Assembly: GCA_022844165.1 (NCBI GenBank)
Contig: JALHMH010000015.1
Location: 32,001-96,000, forward strand
Length of the DNA stretch: 64,000 nt
Direction of reading: 5' to 3'
Source of the DNA: Lysobacterales bacterium
GTDB lineage: Bacteria; Pseudomonadota; Gammaproteobacteria; Xanthomonadales; SZUA-5
Shown: positions 48,634-58,305 of the stretch, piece by piece
How the letters are laid out: the number at the start of each line of letters is the position of its first letter
Numbering within the stretch: the stretch's first letter is position 1
Notes under the pieces: generated by a model
Database searches by the model: none
Seen by the model: the letters and a program-made list of their open reading frames with translations, nothing else
What the model was told of the DNA's origin: nothing
Made by a program: the position numbers and the translations under genes

Positions 48634-50036
48634 GCTGGAGCCCTTTTGATCAGGGTCGCCAGGGCCTTGTTCATGCCAGTGGCGATGGCTTCGGGTTTAG
48701 GCACGACATCGCGTGCAGCGATGATGCCAAAGTCCATCCAGGCGCCATAACTATGTACCGTAATATTGAGCGCCAGGCCATGCGTGACGATCGATACCGG
48801 ATAGTAGTGCAGCAGTTTTGCGCCGGCCAGAAACAGATCGATCGGTGGACCAGGGACATTGGAAACCACGAGATTCGCGAGCGGTGGCAAGCGCTCAGCA
48901 ACCTTGCCTCGAGCCCAGAGGCGCGACAAGCCGGAGGCCCAGATCGGTGCCGCAAGGCCCGGAAAATCGGTAGGGATGAGATCCTTGAATGCCGCGACCT
49001 GATTCTTGATTTGAAGGGTGGCCGTGTGTATCGCACGCAGCCGATCAACGGGATCACTCAACTGGGTAGGCAGTGGGCATTGAACCATCGACACCTGATT
49101 GTTGGCTTCGGTGTCGCCACTGCTCCGAAGCGACACCGGCATCGCAACCACCAGTGGATCGCCGGGCAGTTCGTCTCGTCGTTTCAGATAGTCGCGTAAC
49201 GCGCTCGCGACCAGCGCAAGCACCACATCGTTCGCGCTCACGGCGAAAGCGCGCGCCACTTTCTTGATATCGGCCAGCGGCAGGCTGCACACGCCAAAGC
49301 TACGTTGACCACCAATCTGTGCATTGAACGGCGTACGTGGCGCCAGCAGGAGAGCGTCTTTGGCGCGTCCGATCAGGGCGCCAGCATCGCTCAACGCTTG
49401 TCCTGCGAGTTTGAGTGTCGAAGGCACTGCGCGCAGCAACTTGGAAAACTGATTGACGGTGGCACGAAATGCCGTACTCGTAATCTCGCTTTGCCGCACA
49501 GCGGGATCTGGCGCCATCGCCGAGGCGCGTCGCTTCCTGGGTACCCGCGCTTCGAGATCGAGAACCGCCTGTGCCAGTGCCTGGCCCCCCTGACCATCCA
49601 GCAGCGCATGATGTACTTTGGAGTACAGGGCCAATTCACCGCTGGCCAGTCCCTCCAGGACCACGAATCGCCACAAAGGACGATCGCGCGGCAGCGGATC
49701 GGCATGCAAGTCAGCAACCCTGCGCAATAGTTGCGAGAAGGTGCCGGGACGCGGCAGTCGTTCGTGGCGTATGTGCTCTTTGAGATCGATCTGTGCGACT
49801 TCGCCCCACATCGGGTGCGCCAGATCGAGCGGCGCATCGATGAGTTGCCGTTTCAAAGCGCGCGTCTTGGGCAGGCGCTCTGCAATCAAATCGGTCAGTG
49901 ACGCGTGAAATTCATAACCGCGCCGTTTCGGCGGCGAGAGCAGCATGAGACTGCCGATGTGCATCGGCGTTCCCGCAGCTTCCAGGTACAAGAATCCGGC
50001 ATCGAGTCCACTCAGTGGCTTCAAACGCACGCGCAC
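48630..50036 (-). CDS. Wax ester synthase/diacylglycerol acyltransferase
   Basis: 'DAGFLYLE...PMHIG', catalytic 'HHALLDG', 'SNVPGP'. Confidence 0.95.
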   Translation of the reverse strand: MRVRLKPLSGLDAGFLYLEAAGTPMHIGSLMLLSPPKRRGYEFHASLTDLIAERLPKTRALKRQLIDAPLDLAHPMWGEVAQIDLKEHIRHERLPRPGTFSQLLRRVADLHADPLPRDRPLWRFVVLEGLASGELALYSKVHHALLDGQGGQALAQAVLDLEARVPRKRRASAMAPDPAVRQSEITSTAFRATVNQFSKLLRAVPSTLKLAGQALSDAGALIGRAKDALLLAPRTPFNAQIGGQRSFGVCSLPLADIKKVARAFAVSANDVVLALVASALRDYLKRRDELPGDPLVVAMPVSLRSSGDTEANNQVSMVQCPLPTQLSDPVDRLRAIHTATLQIKNQVAAFKDLIPTDFPGLAAPIWASGLSRLWARGKVAERLPPLANLVVSNVPGPPIDLFLAGAKLLHYYPVSIVTHGLALNITVHSYGAWMDFGIIAARDVVPKPEAIATGMNKALATLIKRAPA

Positions 50037-50090
50037 TCTTCCCGCAATCGATGTGCGCGCAGCATAGGGGAAATTTCGCGCAAAGATCGA

Positions 50091-50435
50091 TCAGGATTCG
50101 TTCTTGGCCTTCTCTGATTCGACCGCCGAGCCGGGTTCATAGTCACCCTCTGTACGAACCAGTACGCCATCCTCAAAAACGACGGTAATACGCTTCAACT
50201 CAACGTTGCCGTCCTGGTCCCTAAAGCTCGACACATAGTCCCAACGATCGTCGCGAAACGCTCCTTGCAACGCCGGAGATCCCAGAACCAGCGTGACCTG
50301 ACGCTTGGTCATGCCAGGCTTGATGGCATCGATTTGCTCAGGTTCAAGCACGTTGCCTTGTTGCACCGGCTGTTTGTAAAGCAAACCGCAGCCACTCAAC
50401 GCAACGATTGCAAGCGCCAAAACTGAAATCCGCAT
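50091..50435 (-). CDS. bamE: Outer membrane protein assembly factor BamE
   Basis: Lipobox 'LSGC', 'QGN', 'GMTKRQV...LGSP', 'RWDY'; divergent from fur. Confidence 0.95.
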   Translation of the reverse strand: MRISVLALAIVALSGCGLLYKQPVQQGNVLEPEQIDAIKPGMTKRQVTLVLGSPALQGAFRDDRWDYVSSFRDQDGNVELKRITVVFEDGVLVRTEGDYEPGSAVESEKAKNES

Positions 50436-50508
50436 GTATGTCACCCGCCCTTGAGGAATGCGGTGGATAATACCGCGCAACGATGGCCACCCCGTTAATG
50501 AGGATTGC

Positions 50509-50946
50509 ATGCCGAATCGAAGCGAACGCGCCGAAACCCAGGACCTGCGCAAAGTAGGTCTAAAAGTCACGCACCCGCGCATGCGCATCCTTGACATCCT
50601 GGGCAACGCACAGAAGAAGCACATGACCGCCGAGGACGTATATCGCCTCTTGATCGAACAAGGCGACGATATTGGTCTGGCGACGGTGTACCGCGTATTG
50701 AACCAGTTCGAAACTGCGGGAATCGTTGTGCGCCATCACTTCGAGGGTGGTCAATCGGTGTACGAACTGGACCAGGATGGCCATCACGATCACATGGTTT
50801 GCGTTGCGACCGGCAAAGTCATCGAATTCCAGAATGCCGAAATCGAACGGTTACAACGCGAGATTGCCGAAGCGCACGGATATGACCTGGAGGACCACAG
50901 CCTGGTTCTCTATGTTCGCCCAAAAAAGGTCGGTAAGGGGCGCTGA
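50509..50946 (+). CDS. fur: Ferric uptake regulator
   Basis: 'GLKVTHPR', 'GLATVYRVL', 'HHDHM'. Confidence 0.97.
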   Translation: MPNRSERAETQDLRKVGLKVTHPRMRILDILGNAQKKHMTAEDVYRLLIEQGDDIGLATVYRVLNQFETAGIVVRHHFEGGQSVYELDQDGHHDHMVCVATGKVIEFQNAEIERLQREIAEAHGYDLEDHSLVLYVRPKKVGKGR

Positions 50947-51034
50947 ACAGGAATCATCGAATTCGGCGGTTTCACCGACGGCTCAGGTTGAACATGCGAG
51001 AACTTGTCACGACGCTCACCTTGGAGGAGTCGCG

Positions 51035-51469
51035 ATGTCGACGTTTCGTGTTGCGCTGATGGCAATTTCGGTCCTGTTTCTCACCGCTTGTGCCAGCAGC
51101 GGTGGTTATCGTTACGATGATGGTTACGATGGTTACTGCAACAACTGTGGCGTCGTCGAACGAATCGAGCGTGTCTATGGCGAGCGAAAAACAACCGGTG
51201 GCGGCGCCGTGCTCGGCGCGATCATCGGCGGTGCATTGGGTAACCAGGTTGGCAAAGGCGATGGTCGTAAAGCTGCAACAGTCGCCGGTGCTGTGGCCGG
51301 CGGCATCGTCGGCAACAACGTTGAGAAGAACCAGCGTAGCCAACCCCGCTTCGAAATTTTTGTGCGCATGGATGACGGGCGGCGTCTGGTGATCGAGCAA
51401 CCCACGCTCGACGGACTGCGCGACGGCGATCGAGTGGTTGTCAGCGGCGGTCGCGCGCGCCTGCGTTGA
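51035..51469 (+). CDS. Glycine-zipper 2TM outer membrane lipoprotein (SlyB-like)
   Basis: Lipobox 'LTAC'; 'GAVLGAIIGGALGNQVGKG...ATVAGAVAGG'. Confidence 0.9.
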   Translation: MSTFRVALMAISVLFLTACASSGGYRYDDGYDGYCNNCGVVERIERVYGERKTTGGGAVLGAIIGGALGNQVGKGDGRKAATVAGAVAGGIVGNNVEKNQRSQPRFEIFVRMDDGRRLVIEQPTLDGLRDGDRVVVSGGRARLR

Positions 51470-52671
51470 ACCCCGTCTACGAGCAGCGCTCCGGCATGAG
51501 GCGAATAGATCCGACGTCTCGCCTTGTGGCGAACGAAGTCACGATCGAATTCGAGTCGCAGGGAAACGTCACGCTTAAGCGTGGCGGTAACGCATTGAGC
51601 GTTTCGCCTGTAGCGCTGCGCGTGTTGGAGGCGTTCGCCGCGCCTGTTGTCTATAGCGATGCTGTCAGCCGTTTGCTCGCATCGTCGACCAAGGCGGGAT
51701 TCATTACGATGACCGCCTTGATCGCCGAGCTGTTCGACCAGGGTTTTTTGGGCGAGACGGGGTCTGCACCGATGTCCGGCCGCTTCCACGGCGAAGTGGG
51801 TATGCATATCGCCATGCTCAACGATCGTGCGCGAACTCAAGCTTATCTGGACGCTATTGCCCGTATCGTGCGTCCGGGCGATGTGGTGATCGATCTGGGA
51901 ACCGGCACGGGGGTCTTGGCCATGGCTGCCGCCCGAGCCGGCGCTTCGCGGGTCTACGCCATCGAAGCCAGCAGCTTTGCCGACACGGCAGAAAAAACCG
52001 TCGCCGACAACGGCTATGCCGATGTGGTACAGATCGTACGCGGCTGGTCCACAGAAATCGATCTCCCCGAACGCGCCGACGTGTTGCTCTCCGAGATTAT
52101 CGGCAACGATCCTTTTGCCGAGGGCTTTCTGTTGTATCTGAGTGATGCGCGTCGGCGATTCTTGAAACCGGATGGGATCCTGTTGCCGGATCGTTTTGCG
52201 CTCGGAGGTTATTTCGCGAGCGCTTCGACCAGCGCGGTTTCCGAACGCCGCGTTGTCACCCATGATGCCGTGCGTTGGCAACAAGTGTATGGGATGGATT
52301 TTTCCGAGTTTGCCGATCTCACGCGACGCACGACCATGCGACTGTATCTTCCGCCGTCGGTGAGTTCGACATGGCCGATGTGCAGTCCGGCACGCCTGCT
52401 TTGGGAGCATTGCTTCGCTCACGACCCGGAGGTTCAGTCTTTGTCCTTCGATTGGCAGATTGCCGATGAGGTCGAGCATCCGGCGTTCGTTTGGTATTTC
52501 GAGCTCGGATTTGGTACCCAGACGCTCAGCACCGATCCGCGCGTCGATTCGACATCGCACTGGAAGCTGCCGGTCGACTTGCCGCCCGCGGCAAGCAGGT
52601 ATCGACTTGATCTGCGCACCAGCGCTGTTGCGCAGAAATTATTGAGTGAGTTCAAAGTGCTGTCACCGTAA
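51466..52671 (+). CDS. PRMT-like SAM-dependent methyltransferase with N-terminal winged-helix/RRE-like domain
   Basis: 'HIAMLNDRARTQAY', 'VIDLGTGTGVL', double-E loop 'SEIIGNDPFAEG', 'SHW' near the end; start TTG 51466 or ATG 51496. Confidence 0.8.
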   Translation: MNPVYEQRSGMRRIDPTSRLVANEVTIEFESQGNVTLKRGGNALSVSPVALRVLEAFAAPVVYSDAVSRLLASSTKAGFITMTALIAELFDQGFLGETGSAPMSGRFHGEVGMHIAMLNDRARTQAYLDAIARIVRPGDVVIDLGTGTGVLAMAAARAGASRVYAIEASSFADTAEKTVADNGYADVVQIVRGWSTEIDLPERADVLLSEIIGNDPFAEGFLLYLSDARRRFLKPDGILLPDRFALGGYFASASTSAVSERRVVTHDAVRWQQVYGMDFSEFADLTRRTTMRLYLPPSVSSTWPMCSPARLLWEHCFAHDPEVQSLSFDWQIADEVEHPAFVWYFELGFGTQTLSTDPRVDSTSHWKLPVDLPPAASRYRLDLRTSAVAQKLLSEFKVLSP

Positions 52672-54718
52672 TGCGGACGCCGTTCAGCGCCGCATTGCCG
52701 CTGGGCAGATCCAGATCCGACGGATCGCTGAGGTCGTTGTACGACGCGCCGGGTAGCACCTGAGCCCTTTGCAGTTTTATGCCATCGACCTGATGACCGA
52801 AGCCATGAGGCAGGCACGCGACGCCGCGCCGCAAACTGTCGTCGGCAATCACTTCCGTCACGATGGCGCCGACGGCTGAACTTACCCGTACTCTGGCGCC
52901 ATCGCCGATTCCGAGTGCCGCAAGATCTGCCGAGTGCATTTGCAACTGGTGTCGCGGTTTGCCTTTGATCAGGCGCGGTGCATTGTGCATCCAGCTGTTG
53001 TTGCTGCGGACGTCGCGGCGGCCGATCAACTGCAATCCGCCAGCGACTTCGCACGCGACCAGACGCGCAAGATCCTGCACAATAAACTCGTGCCAACATT
53101 CGATCTGCCCGCTTGCAGTTTCCAATCGCGTCAACAACGTTGGTTCCAGTGGGCCGAGATCGAGGCCATGCACGGCACCCAGCAATGCATCGAAGTCGAC
53201 GTTACCGGTCCGGCGGATCAGTGCTTCGATCAACTTTCTTGGTTCGGGCAATTCGTCGAACGCCTTTCCGGTCGCCATCGCGTAGGCTCGCGCGATGCCG
53301 CCGATGATTTGAAAGTCGGCACGTTCATTCGCGGCTTGTTCGCGCAGCGGCGTATTGATGCGGGCGATACGGCGCACGGCGAAGGCATTGAAGACCGAGT
53401 CGTAGTGATACTGCGTCAGGAACGAAGCAGGCGGAAGAATCAAATTCGCGTGGCGCGTCGTCTCGTTGATGTAAATGTCCATCGAGACCATCCATTCTAG
53501 TGATGCGAGTGCCGAGTCGAGACGCTGCCCGTTGGGTGTGGATAGCACTGGATTGCCGGCCGACGTGAACACTGCACGCACTTGATCCTGGCCGGGCGTT
53601 TCGATTTCTTCGATCAATGCCGAGACCGGGAGTTCACCGGCGAATTCCGGCAACCCTCGAACGCGACTATGCCAACGTGCCCGATTGCCGGGGGACGTGC
53701 CTTTGCCGGTGACCGGCATCACCGGATCGTTGGGCAACACGCCGCCGCATTTGTCGAGTTGCCCAAGGTAAATGTTGATCAGCTGTATGAGCCATTGGCA
53801 AAGCGTGCCGAAGGCTTGCGTTGACACGCCCATACGACCGTACACAGCGGCATCACGCTGCCCGTAAATCTCGCGCGCGATGCGATCGATGTCTTCATGC
53901 GGCAGGCCAGTCCGCTGCTCGATTTCATTGGCGGCAAAACCAGGCAACGCGTCCAGCGACTGCAAGAACCCGTTCAATCGCCCGCCGTAGTGTTCGAGCC
54001 GGGCCGGGCCGCAGCCGCGCAAGGCATCGAGCAGTGCGATCAAGAACACCGCGTCGCCACCGGGTTTGATGGGTAAGTGCCGCGAAGCTATTTCGGCCGT
54101 CTCGGTTCGGCGCGGATCCACGACGATCAAGGTGCCGCGTTGCGTCAGCGCTTTGAGACGTTTGGCGATGCCCGGTGCAGTCAGCAAACTGCCGTTCGAG
54201 GCTACGGGATTGGCACCCAGCATCAGCAAATAATCGCAGCGATCCAGGTCGACAATCGGGATCAGGAACTGATGCCCATACATTGCCCAGGCAACGAGTT
54301 GATGTGGCCACTGGTCGACGCTGGAGGCAGAATAGACATTGCGCGTTTTCAGCAGCCGCAGCCACTGGGGAAGATAGGCAATGTGCCCAAAGTGGTGGAC
54401 GTTCGGATTACCGACATAGGCGCCGACAGCGTTCGCGCCATATTTGGCCTGGACGGCAGCGAACCCCTCGCCAGCGCGCTGCAGCGCTTCTTCCCATCCG
54501 ATCTCGACGAATCGCCCGTTGACTTTTAGTCGTGGCGTATGCAATCGGTCCGGATCGGCTTCCAAATCCAGAATGGCGTTGCCCTTCGGGCAGATATGAC
54601 CGCGGCTGAAAGGATCGCTGAGGTCGCCGCGAATGGCTGTGAGCCCTTCGTCCTGCGATTGAAATTCAAGGCCACAAATAGCCTCGCACAGTGGACAGGC
54701 GCGATACTGGCGAAACAT
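52652..54718 (-). CDS. Molybdopterin-dependent oxidoreductase with 4Fe-4S cluster
   Basis: 'CPLCEAICG...GHICPKG'; 'RSNNSWMHN'. Confidence 0.92.
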   Translation of the reverse strand: MFRQYRACPLCEAICGLEFQSQDEGLTAIRGDLSDPFSRGHICPKGNAILDLEADPDRLHTPRLKVNGRFVEIGWEEALQRAGEGFAAVQAKYGANAVGAYVGNPNVHHFGHIAYLPQWLRLLKTRNVYSASSVDQWPHQLVAWAMYGHQFLIPIVDLDRCDYLLMLGANPVASNGSLLTAPGIAKRLKALTQRGTLIVVDPRRTETAEIASRHLPIKPGGDAVFLIALLDALRGCGPARLEHYGGRLNGFLQSLDALPGFAANEIEQRTGLPHEDIDRIAREIYGQRDAAVYGRMGVSTQAFGTLCQWLIQLINIYLGQLDKCGGVLPNDPVMPVTGKGTSPGNRARWHSRVRGLPEFAGELPVSALIEEIETPGQDQVRAVFTSAGNPVLSTPNGQRLDSALASLEWMVSMDIYINETTRHANLILPPASFLTQYHYDSVFNAFAVRRIARINTPLREQAANERADFQIIGGIARAYAMATGKAFDELPEPRKLIEALIRRTGNVDFDALLGAVHGLDLGPLEPTLLTRLETASGQIECWHEFIVQDLARLVACEVAGGLQLIGRRDVRSNNSWMHNAPRLIKGKPRHQLQMHSADLAALGIGDGARVRVSSAVGAIVTEVIADDSLRRGVACLPHGFGHQVDGIKLQRAQVLPGASYNDLSDPSDLDLPSGNAALNGVRITVTAL

Positions 54719-54773
54719 GGCTGGACCTGAAGACACCGGAGCTTCTATCGTACATTGCTTCTGGTCGCCCGTG

Positions 54774-55149
54774 ATGAAGGGAATCGCAGCACCGCGTCGC
54801 GCTCTGCGCGCGAGCCGTGAAGCTGTTGCGCCAACTACCGCGTGAGAGCGACTTCGTGTTGCTGGGCAGCCAACCGCGCACGCACTTCAACGCCGAATCG
54901 CCGCGCGCATTCTTGCAGCGCGATCTCGGAAAGACTGGCATCACCGCGCACGGGTTCCGCTCGTCCTTCCGCGATTGGGCCGTAGAAACCACCAGGCTCG
55001 GCAGCGACGTTGTCGAAATGGCGCTCGCGCACACCATCAAGAACAAAGTCGAAGCCGCCTACCGTCGCGGCGATCTTTTCGCCAAGCGTGCGAAGCTCAT
55101 GCAAGCGTGGGACGATTACCTGAGCCAGCGAAAATCCGCCGCCGCTTGA
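54774..55149 (+). pseudogene. C-terminal fragment of a P4-like tyrosine integrase
   Basis: 'MK' then a frameshift into 'ESQHRVAL', then 'TAHGFRSSFRDWA', 'EMALAH', 'VEAAYRRGDLF'; N-terminal portion absent. Confidence 0.9.
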
Positions 55150-55165
55150 CGAACACAACGAGCGA

Positions 55166-55981
55166 TCAAAGCTTGCCCTTGATGTAGATCGCTGCCTTCT
55201 CGATCTCGGGGAACATCGAGCTGTCATTGATCGCCATTCGGTCTAGTTCGTCGCAGATGAGCTCCTTCTTGTTCCCATTGATGTGTATTCGCTCCACCGC
55301 GATCCCATCAGGCGGTGCTGATTCAAGGTCAACATTCTGACCGAGAAGAATGAACGCACCGGACTGGGCGAGGATGCGCCTGTTGTTGAGCTTTGGCTTT
55401 ACTACTATCGCCGTCTGGAGATGCTCCGGTTTGATCTCTGCACGAAAGTGCGGTTTTTCTGCCCGAATGAACTGAAGCAATCTATCGACTGGCGTTTGCG
55501 AGTTGAAATCATGCCCCGTTTGCGTGAAATCGATTGCCCTCTTTTCGCTGTCGCTCAAATGCGCCAGGTTCGCGATACAACTTGCGGTATCGCTGTCGTA
55601 GTACTTGACCAAGTCTCGGTTAATACGGAATACGACGACCTCGCCGGGCTTGCCTGGGTCATCTTTAGCGGCAAAGTAAAGGCCAGCAAGCGGATTCCAT
55701 GTCACGTCAAGTAGCCTCGTTGGCAGCGAGTAGTGTTGAACTCGTGCCAACTGCTCAAGCGTGGTCCCATCTTGAGCAAAATCGCTTGGATGTGAAGCGA
55801 CCAACTCGCGAAGAATCTGATGCTCGGCGTCACGAAACCGCGCCTCCCGAAGGACGGACGGGACGAGCTTGAATTTGATTCGATCTGAGTGGCCCCGATA
55901 GAGCAACACTTCGTCATTGACCGGTTTGACCTGACGAATCTTGCGAACAAAACCTTCAAGGCTGGAAATCGTCTGGGTCAT
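55166..55981 (-). CDS. FRG domain-containing protein
   Basis: 'LYRGH', 'LVPSVLR', 'QHYSLPTRLLDVTWNPLAGLYFA', 'RILAQSGAF'. Confidence 0.92.
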   Translation of the reverse strand: MTQTISSLEGFVRKIRQVKPVNDEVLLYRGHSDRIKFKLVPSVLREARFRDAEHQILRELVASHPSDFAQDGTTLEQLARVQHYSLPTRLLDVTWNPLAGLYFAAKDDPGKPGEVVVFRINRDLVKYYDSDTASCIANLAHLSDSEKRAIDFTQTGHDFNSQTPVDRLLQFIRAEKPHFRAEIKPEHLQTAIVVKPKLNNRRILAQSGAFILLGQNVDLESAPPDGIAVERIHINGNKKELICDELDRMAINDSSMFPEIEKAAIYIKGKL

Positions 55982-56078
55982 CTTTGTGCAATGCTCAGCC
56001 GCGCGGCTCGCTGCTTACAATACTGCCGAATTTGGTTCGTCACCTGTAGCAAAGACGAAGAAGGCAGCGTGATCCGAG

Positions 56079-56759
56079 ATGCGCAAGATCGGGACGAGGA
56101 ATCCGACGCACACAATCCGACCTGAGGCGCTAGCCACATCTCCACGAAATTGGGATGTGCTTGAAAGGAGTCTCAACGATATCTGCCCAGGTCATGGAGC
56201 TTCGGTCTTTTCGAAGGTCGCTCCGAAGGTCGACTGGCTTAGGGATTGCGTAACGTTCGCCCAGTACGGACCCTCGCCAAAGGAGCGCAAGCTTTACTGC
56301 GAGCAATTCGCAAAAGCCGCGCAAGACTTGCTCGCGCTTCTTGAGATTAGACAGGTCCAAGCTCAGTCCGGAAGGCGACATTTTCATCCGGGGTTCGTCG
56401 ACATCCTGCACGCTGCCGGCGACCGGGCAAAAAAAGTTGACACTGAAGCGGAGGAATTTGTTCGCCTTCTCCTGGAAGTTGCAAATCGCGCCACATCGTC
56501 TCCTCACCGCTCGCGCTTGTCGATTGATCGAGAAGTTGTATCCCTAGCGAAGATCGTCATCGGTCTGCCGCCACATGAAAAGCCCGCGACCGTGCGCAAC
56601 GACAAATACGGGGAGCCGCTCTCTGAAGATCAACATTTGCTGCTGGTCTTGCTGAAGCACGCTGGCTTTCCAGGTTCGCTCTCTCAGGCAAGCCTAGCCA
56701 AGTACTTGGCGAAGGCGCGCAAGACGGTGAATGGAAAAAGTAGGGTCAGTTGCACCTGA
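56079..56759 (+). CDS. Hypothetical element protein
   Basis: 226-aa ORF in the position upstream of alpA. Confidence 0.6.
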   Translation: MRKIGTRNPTHTIRPEALATSPRNWDVLERSLNDICPGHGASVFSKVAPKVDWLRDCVTFAQYGPSPKERKLYCEQFAKAAQDLLALLEIRQVQAQSGRRHFHPGFVDILHAAGDRAKKVDTEAEEFVRLLLEVANRATSSPHRSRLSIDREVVSLAKIVIGLPPHEKPATVRNDKYGEPLSEDQHLLLVLLKHAGFPGSLSQASLAKYLAKARKTVNGKSRVSCT

Positions 56760-56827
56760 CTTTTGGTTTTGCCTTCGGCGTTCTGGATGGTCAACACTCT
56801 CTCCGCACACCGACACGGAGACCGTTG

Positions 56828-57070
56828 ATGCACACGATGACCACACACGGGGCAACCGAACAACAGATCGTCCAGCGGCGCTTGATTACCGGCCCGGTGG
56901 CTTGCCAGATTCTCGGTCTTGGAGAAACGAAGCTTTGGCAATTGGTACAACGCGGCGACATCACCCGAATCCAACTCACGCGCAAGATGACCCGGTACGA
57001 TCTCGCCGAAGTCAACGCGCTCGCCGATAGCTGGATCGCCGCAGCGAAGGCGCGGAAGGTGGCCGTATGA
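56828..57070 (+). CDS. AlpA/excisionase-like HTH protein
   Basis: 'LITGPVACQILGLGETKLWQLVQRGDITRIQLTRKMTRYDLAEV'. Confidence 0.75.
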   Translation: MHTMTTHGATEQQIVQRRLITGPVACQILGLGETKLWQLVQRGDITRIQLTRKMTRYDLAEVNALADSWIAAAKARKVAV

Positions 57071-57300
57071 GGGAGCACGGCGATTCAATCGGGCTGGCGC
57101 CTTGCGAACTATTCCCCACGGCACGCCATCTGGTGTGCGTGGTGGCTACTGCATGCGACTCTGCAAGCGCGACTTGTGAAAAGCTGGCGCAGATGATGGC
57201 GCCTGAACTTGCCGAGCAACTGGCCGAACAGGGCAGAGAAATCACCCGAGCCGCCAATTGCGCGCGCCTGTCCCTCTTGCGCGAGCAACGCGCAGTGTGA
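57067..57300 (+). CDS. Hypothetical small protein
   Basis: ATGA and GTGA overlaps with both neighbours. Confidence 0.5.
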   Translation: MREHGDSIGLAPCELFPTARHLVCVVATACDSASATCEKLAQMMAPELAEQLAEQGREITRAANCARLSLLREQRAV

Positions 57301-57761
57301 GTGTCAAGCCGATGGAATCAAAGAGGAAACGCAACAAGAGTAAGCACGATTCGGGCTGGTCCGAAATCAAAGGTGGGCAGGCTTTCGTCATTCCGGTGGC
57401 GTTGCTCAAGCACGACAATTTTCGCCGCCTAAGTCCTCACGCCTGCAAACTCCTGTTTGACCTTGGTCGCCAGTTCACCGGGTCAAACAACGGCTATCTC
57501 CACCCCGGCATCAAGGTCTTGCGAGAACAGGGATGGCACTCTTCGCATACGATTGTCAAAGCGATTCGCGAGCTTCGACATTACCGAATCCTGACGCAAA
57601 CCGTCCAGGGCGGAAAGAACCGGCCTAGCTACTACGGTTTCACGTTCCGAAAAATCACCGAGAATCCCAAACGGCCGTTCGACCGACCGATGCCGATCAA
57701 ACAGCCTACCGACGAGTGGGAAACGCCGGCAGAAGCTTTTCCTTCCGGGAAAAATCCTTAG
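57297..57761 (+). CDS. Winged-helix replication-initiator-like protein
   Basis: 'LSPHACKLLFDLGRQFTGSNNGYL...GWHSSHTIVKAIRELR' HTH pattern; directly followed by the repeat array. Confidence 0.6.
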   Translation: MSVKPMESKRKRNKSKHDSGWSEIKGGQAFVIPVALLKHDNFRRLSPHACKLLFDLGRQFTGSNNGYLHPGIKVLREQGWHSSHTIVKAIRELRHYRILTQTVQGGKNRPSYYGFTFRKITENPKRPFDRPMPIKQPTDEWETPAEAFPSGKNP

Positions 57762-57906
57762 TGCAATAGGTGCACAAAATTAGAGCAGCCACTGCTCAAG
57801 TCTGCCTGCGGTTTGTGCTCTCACTGCACAAGATTTCGCCAGCTTGTGCATTACGTGCCCTAGTCCGCACGACTTTGAGAGGTGCGTTTGTGCAGCGACT
57901 GCACAG
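57759..57906. repeat. Five imperfect 19-bp palindromes TWGTGCA-N5-TGCACAA (candidate iterons/origin)
   Basis: Units start at 57759, 57781, 57813, 57844 and 57888. Confidence 0.8.
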
Positions 57907-57984
57907 TTATGCATCTTATGCCATACCAATGCTTGAAGATCGGGATCAGGCACCGTTGAATCGGTTCGCAGCCGATGCCAAAAC

Positions 57985-58263
57985 TCAAGCCCTAACCTTC
58001 GCTTGCATCGCTTCGCTTGTATCGCGGCTATCGTCGGCGGATTGCTTAGGCTCGGTCGCCGACGAAGGATCGAGCACCGGGAGCAGGTAGCTGTTCCAGT
58101 TGCTAGCGGCCAAGTTCTCCCAATACGACTGGCCGTCCTCCGCGTCGCGCTTCGCATACCACGGGTGCCGCACGTACCGCTCTCTCAATCGTGCTGCGCC
58201 CAACGCCAATTTCTGGGCGGAGGTTAGGTTCTTGAGATGCTCGGGAATCTCTCGCGTCGTCAT
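57985..58263 (-). CDS. Hypothetical protein
   Basis: 92-aa ORF with upstream gagg RBS-like site. Confidence 0.45.
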   Translation of the reverse strand: MTTREIPEHLKNLTSAQKLALGAARLRERYVRHPWYAKRDAEDGQSYWENLAASNWNSYLLPVLDPSSATEPKQSADDSRDTSEAMQAKVRA

Positions 58264-58305
58264 CTGTGGCCTCGTTGACTCGGGACTTGCCGCGTGCGCT
58301 GGTCA

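Noticed and set aside
57759-57906. Repeat array as a mini-CRISPR
   Set aside because: Units are 19-bp degenerate palindromes with 3-25 bp gaps, not constant repeats with ~30-bp spacers, and there are no cas genes.
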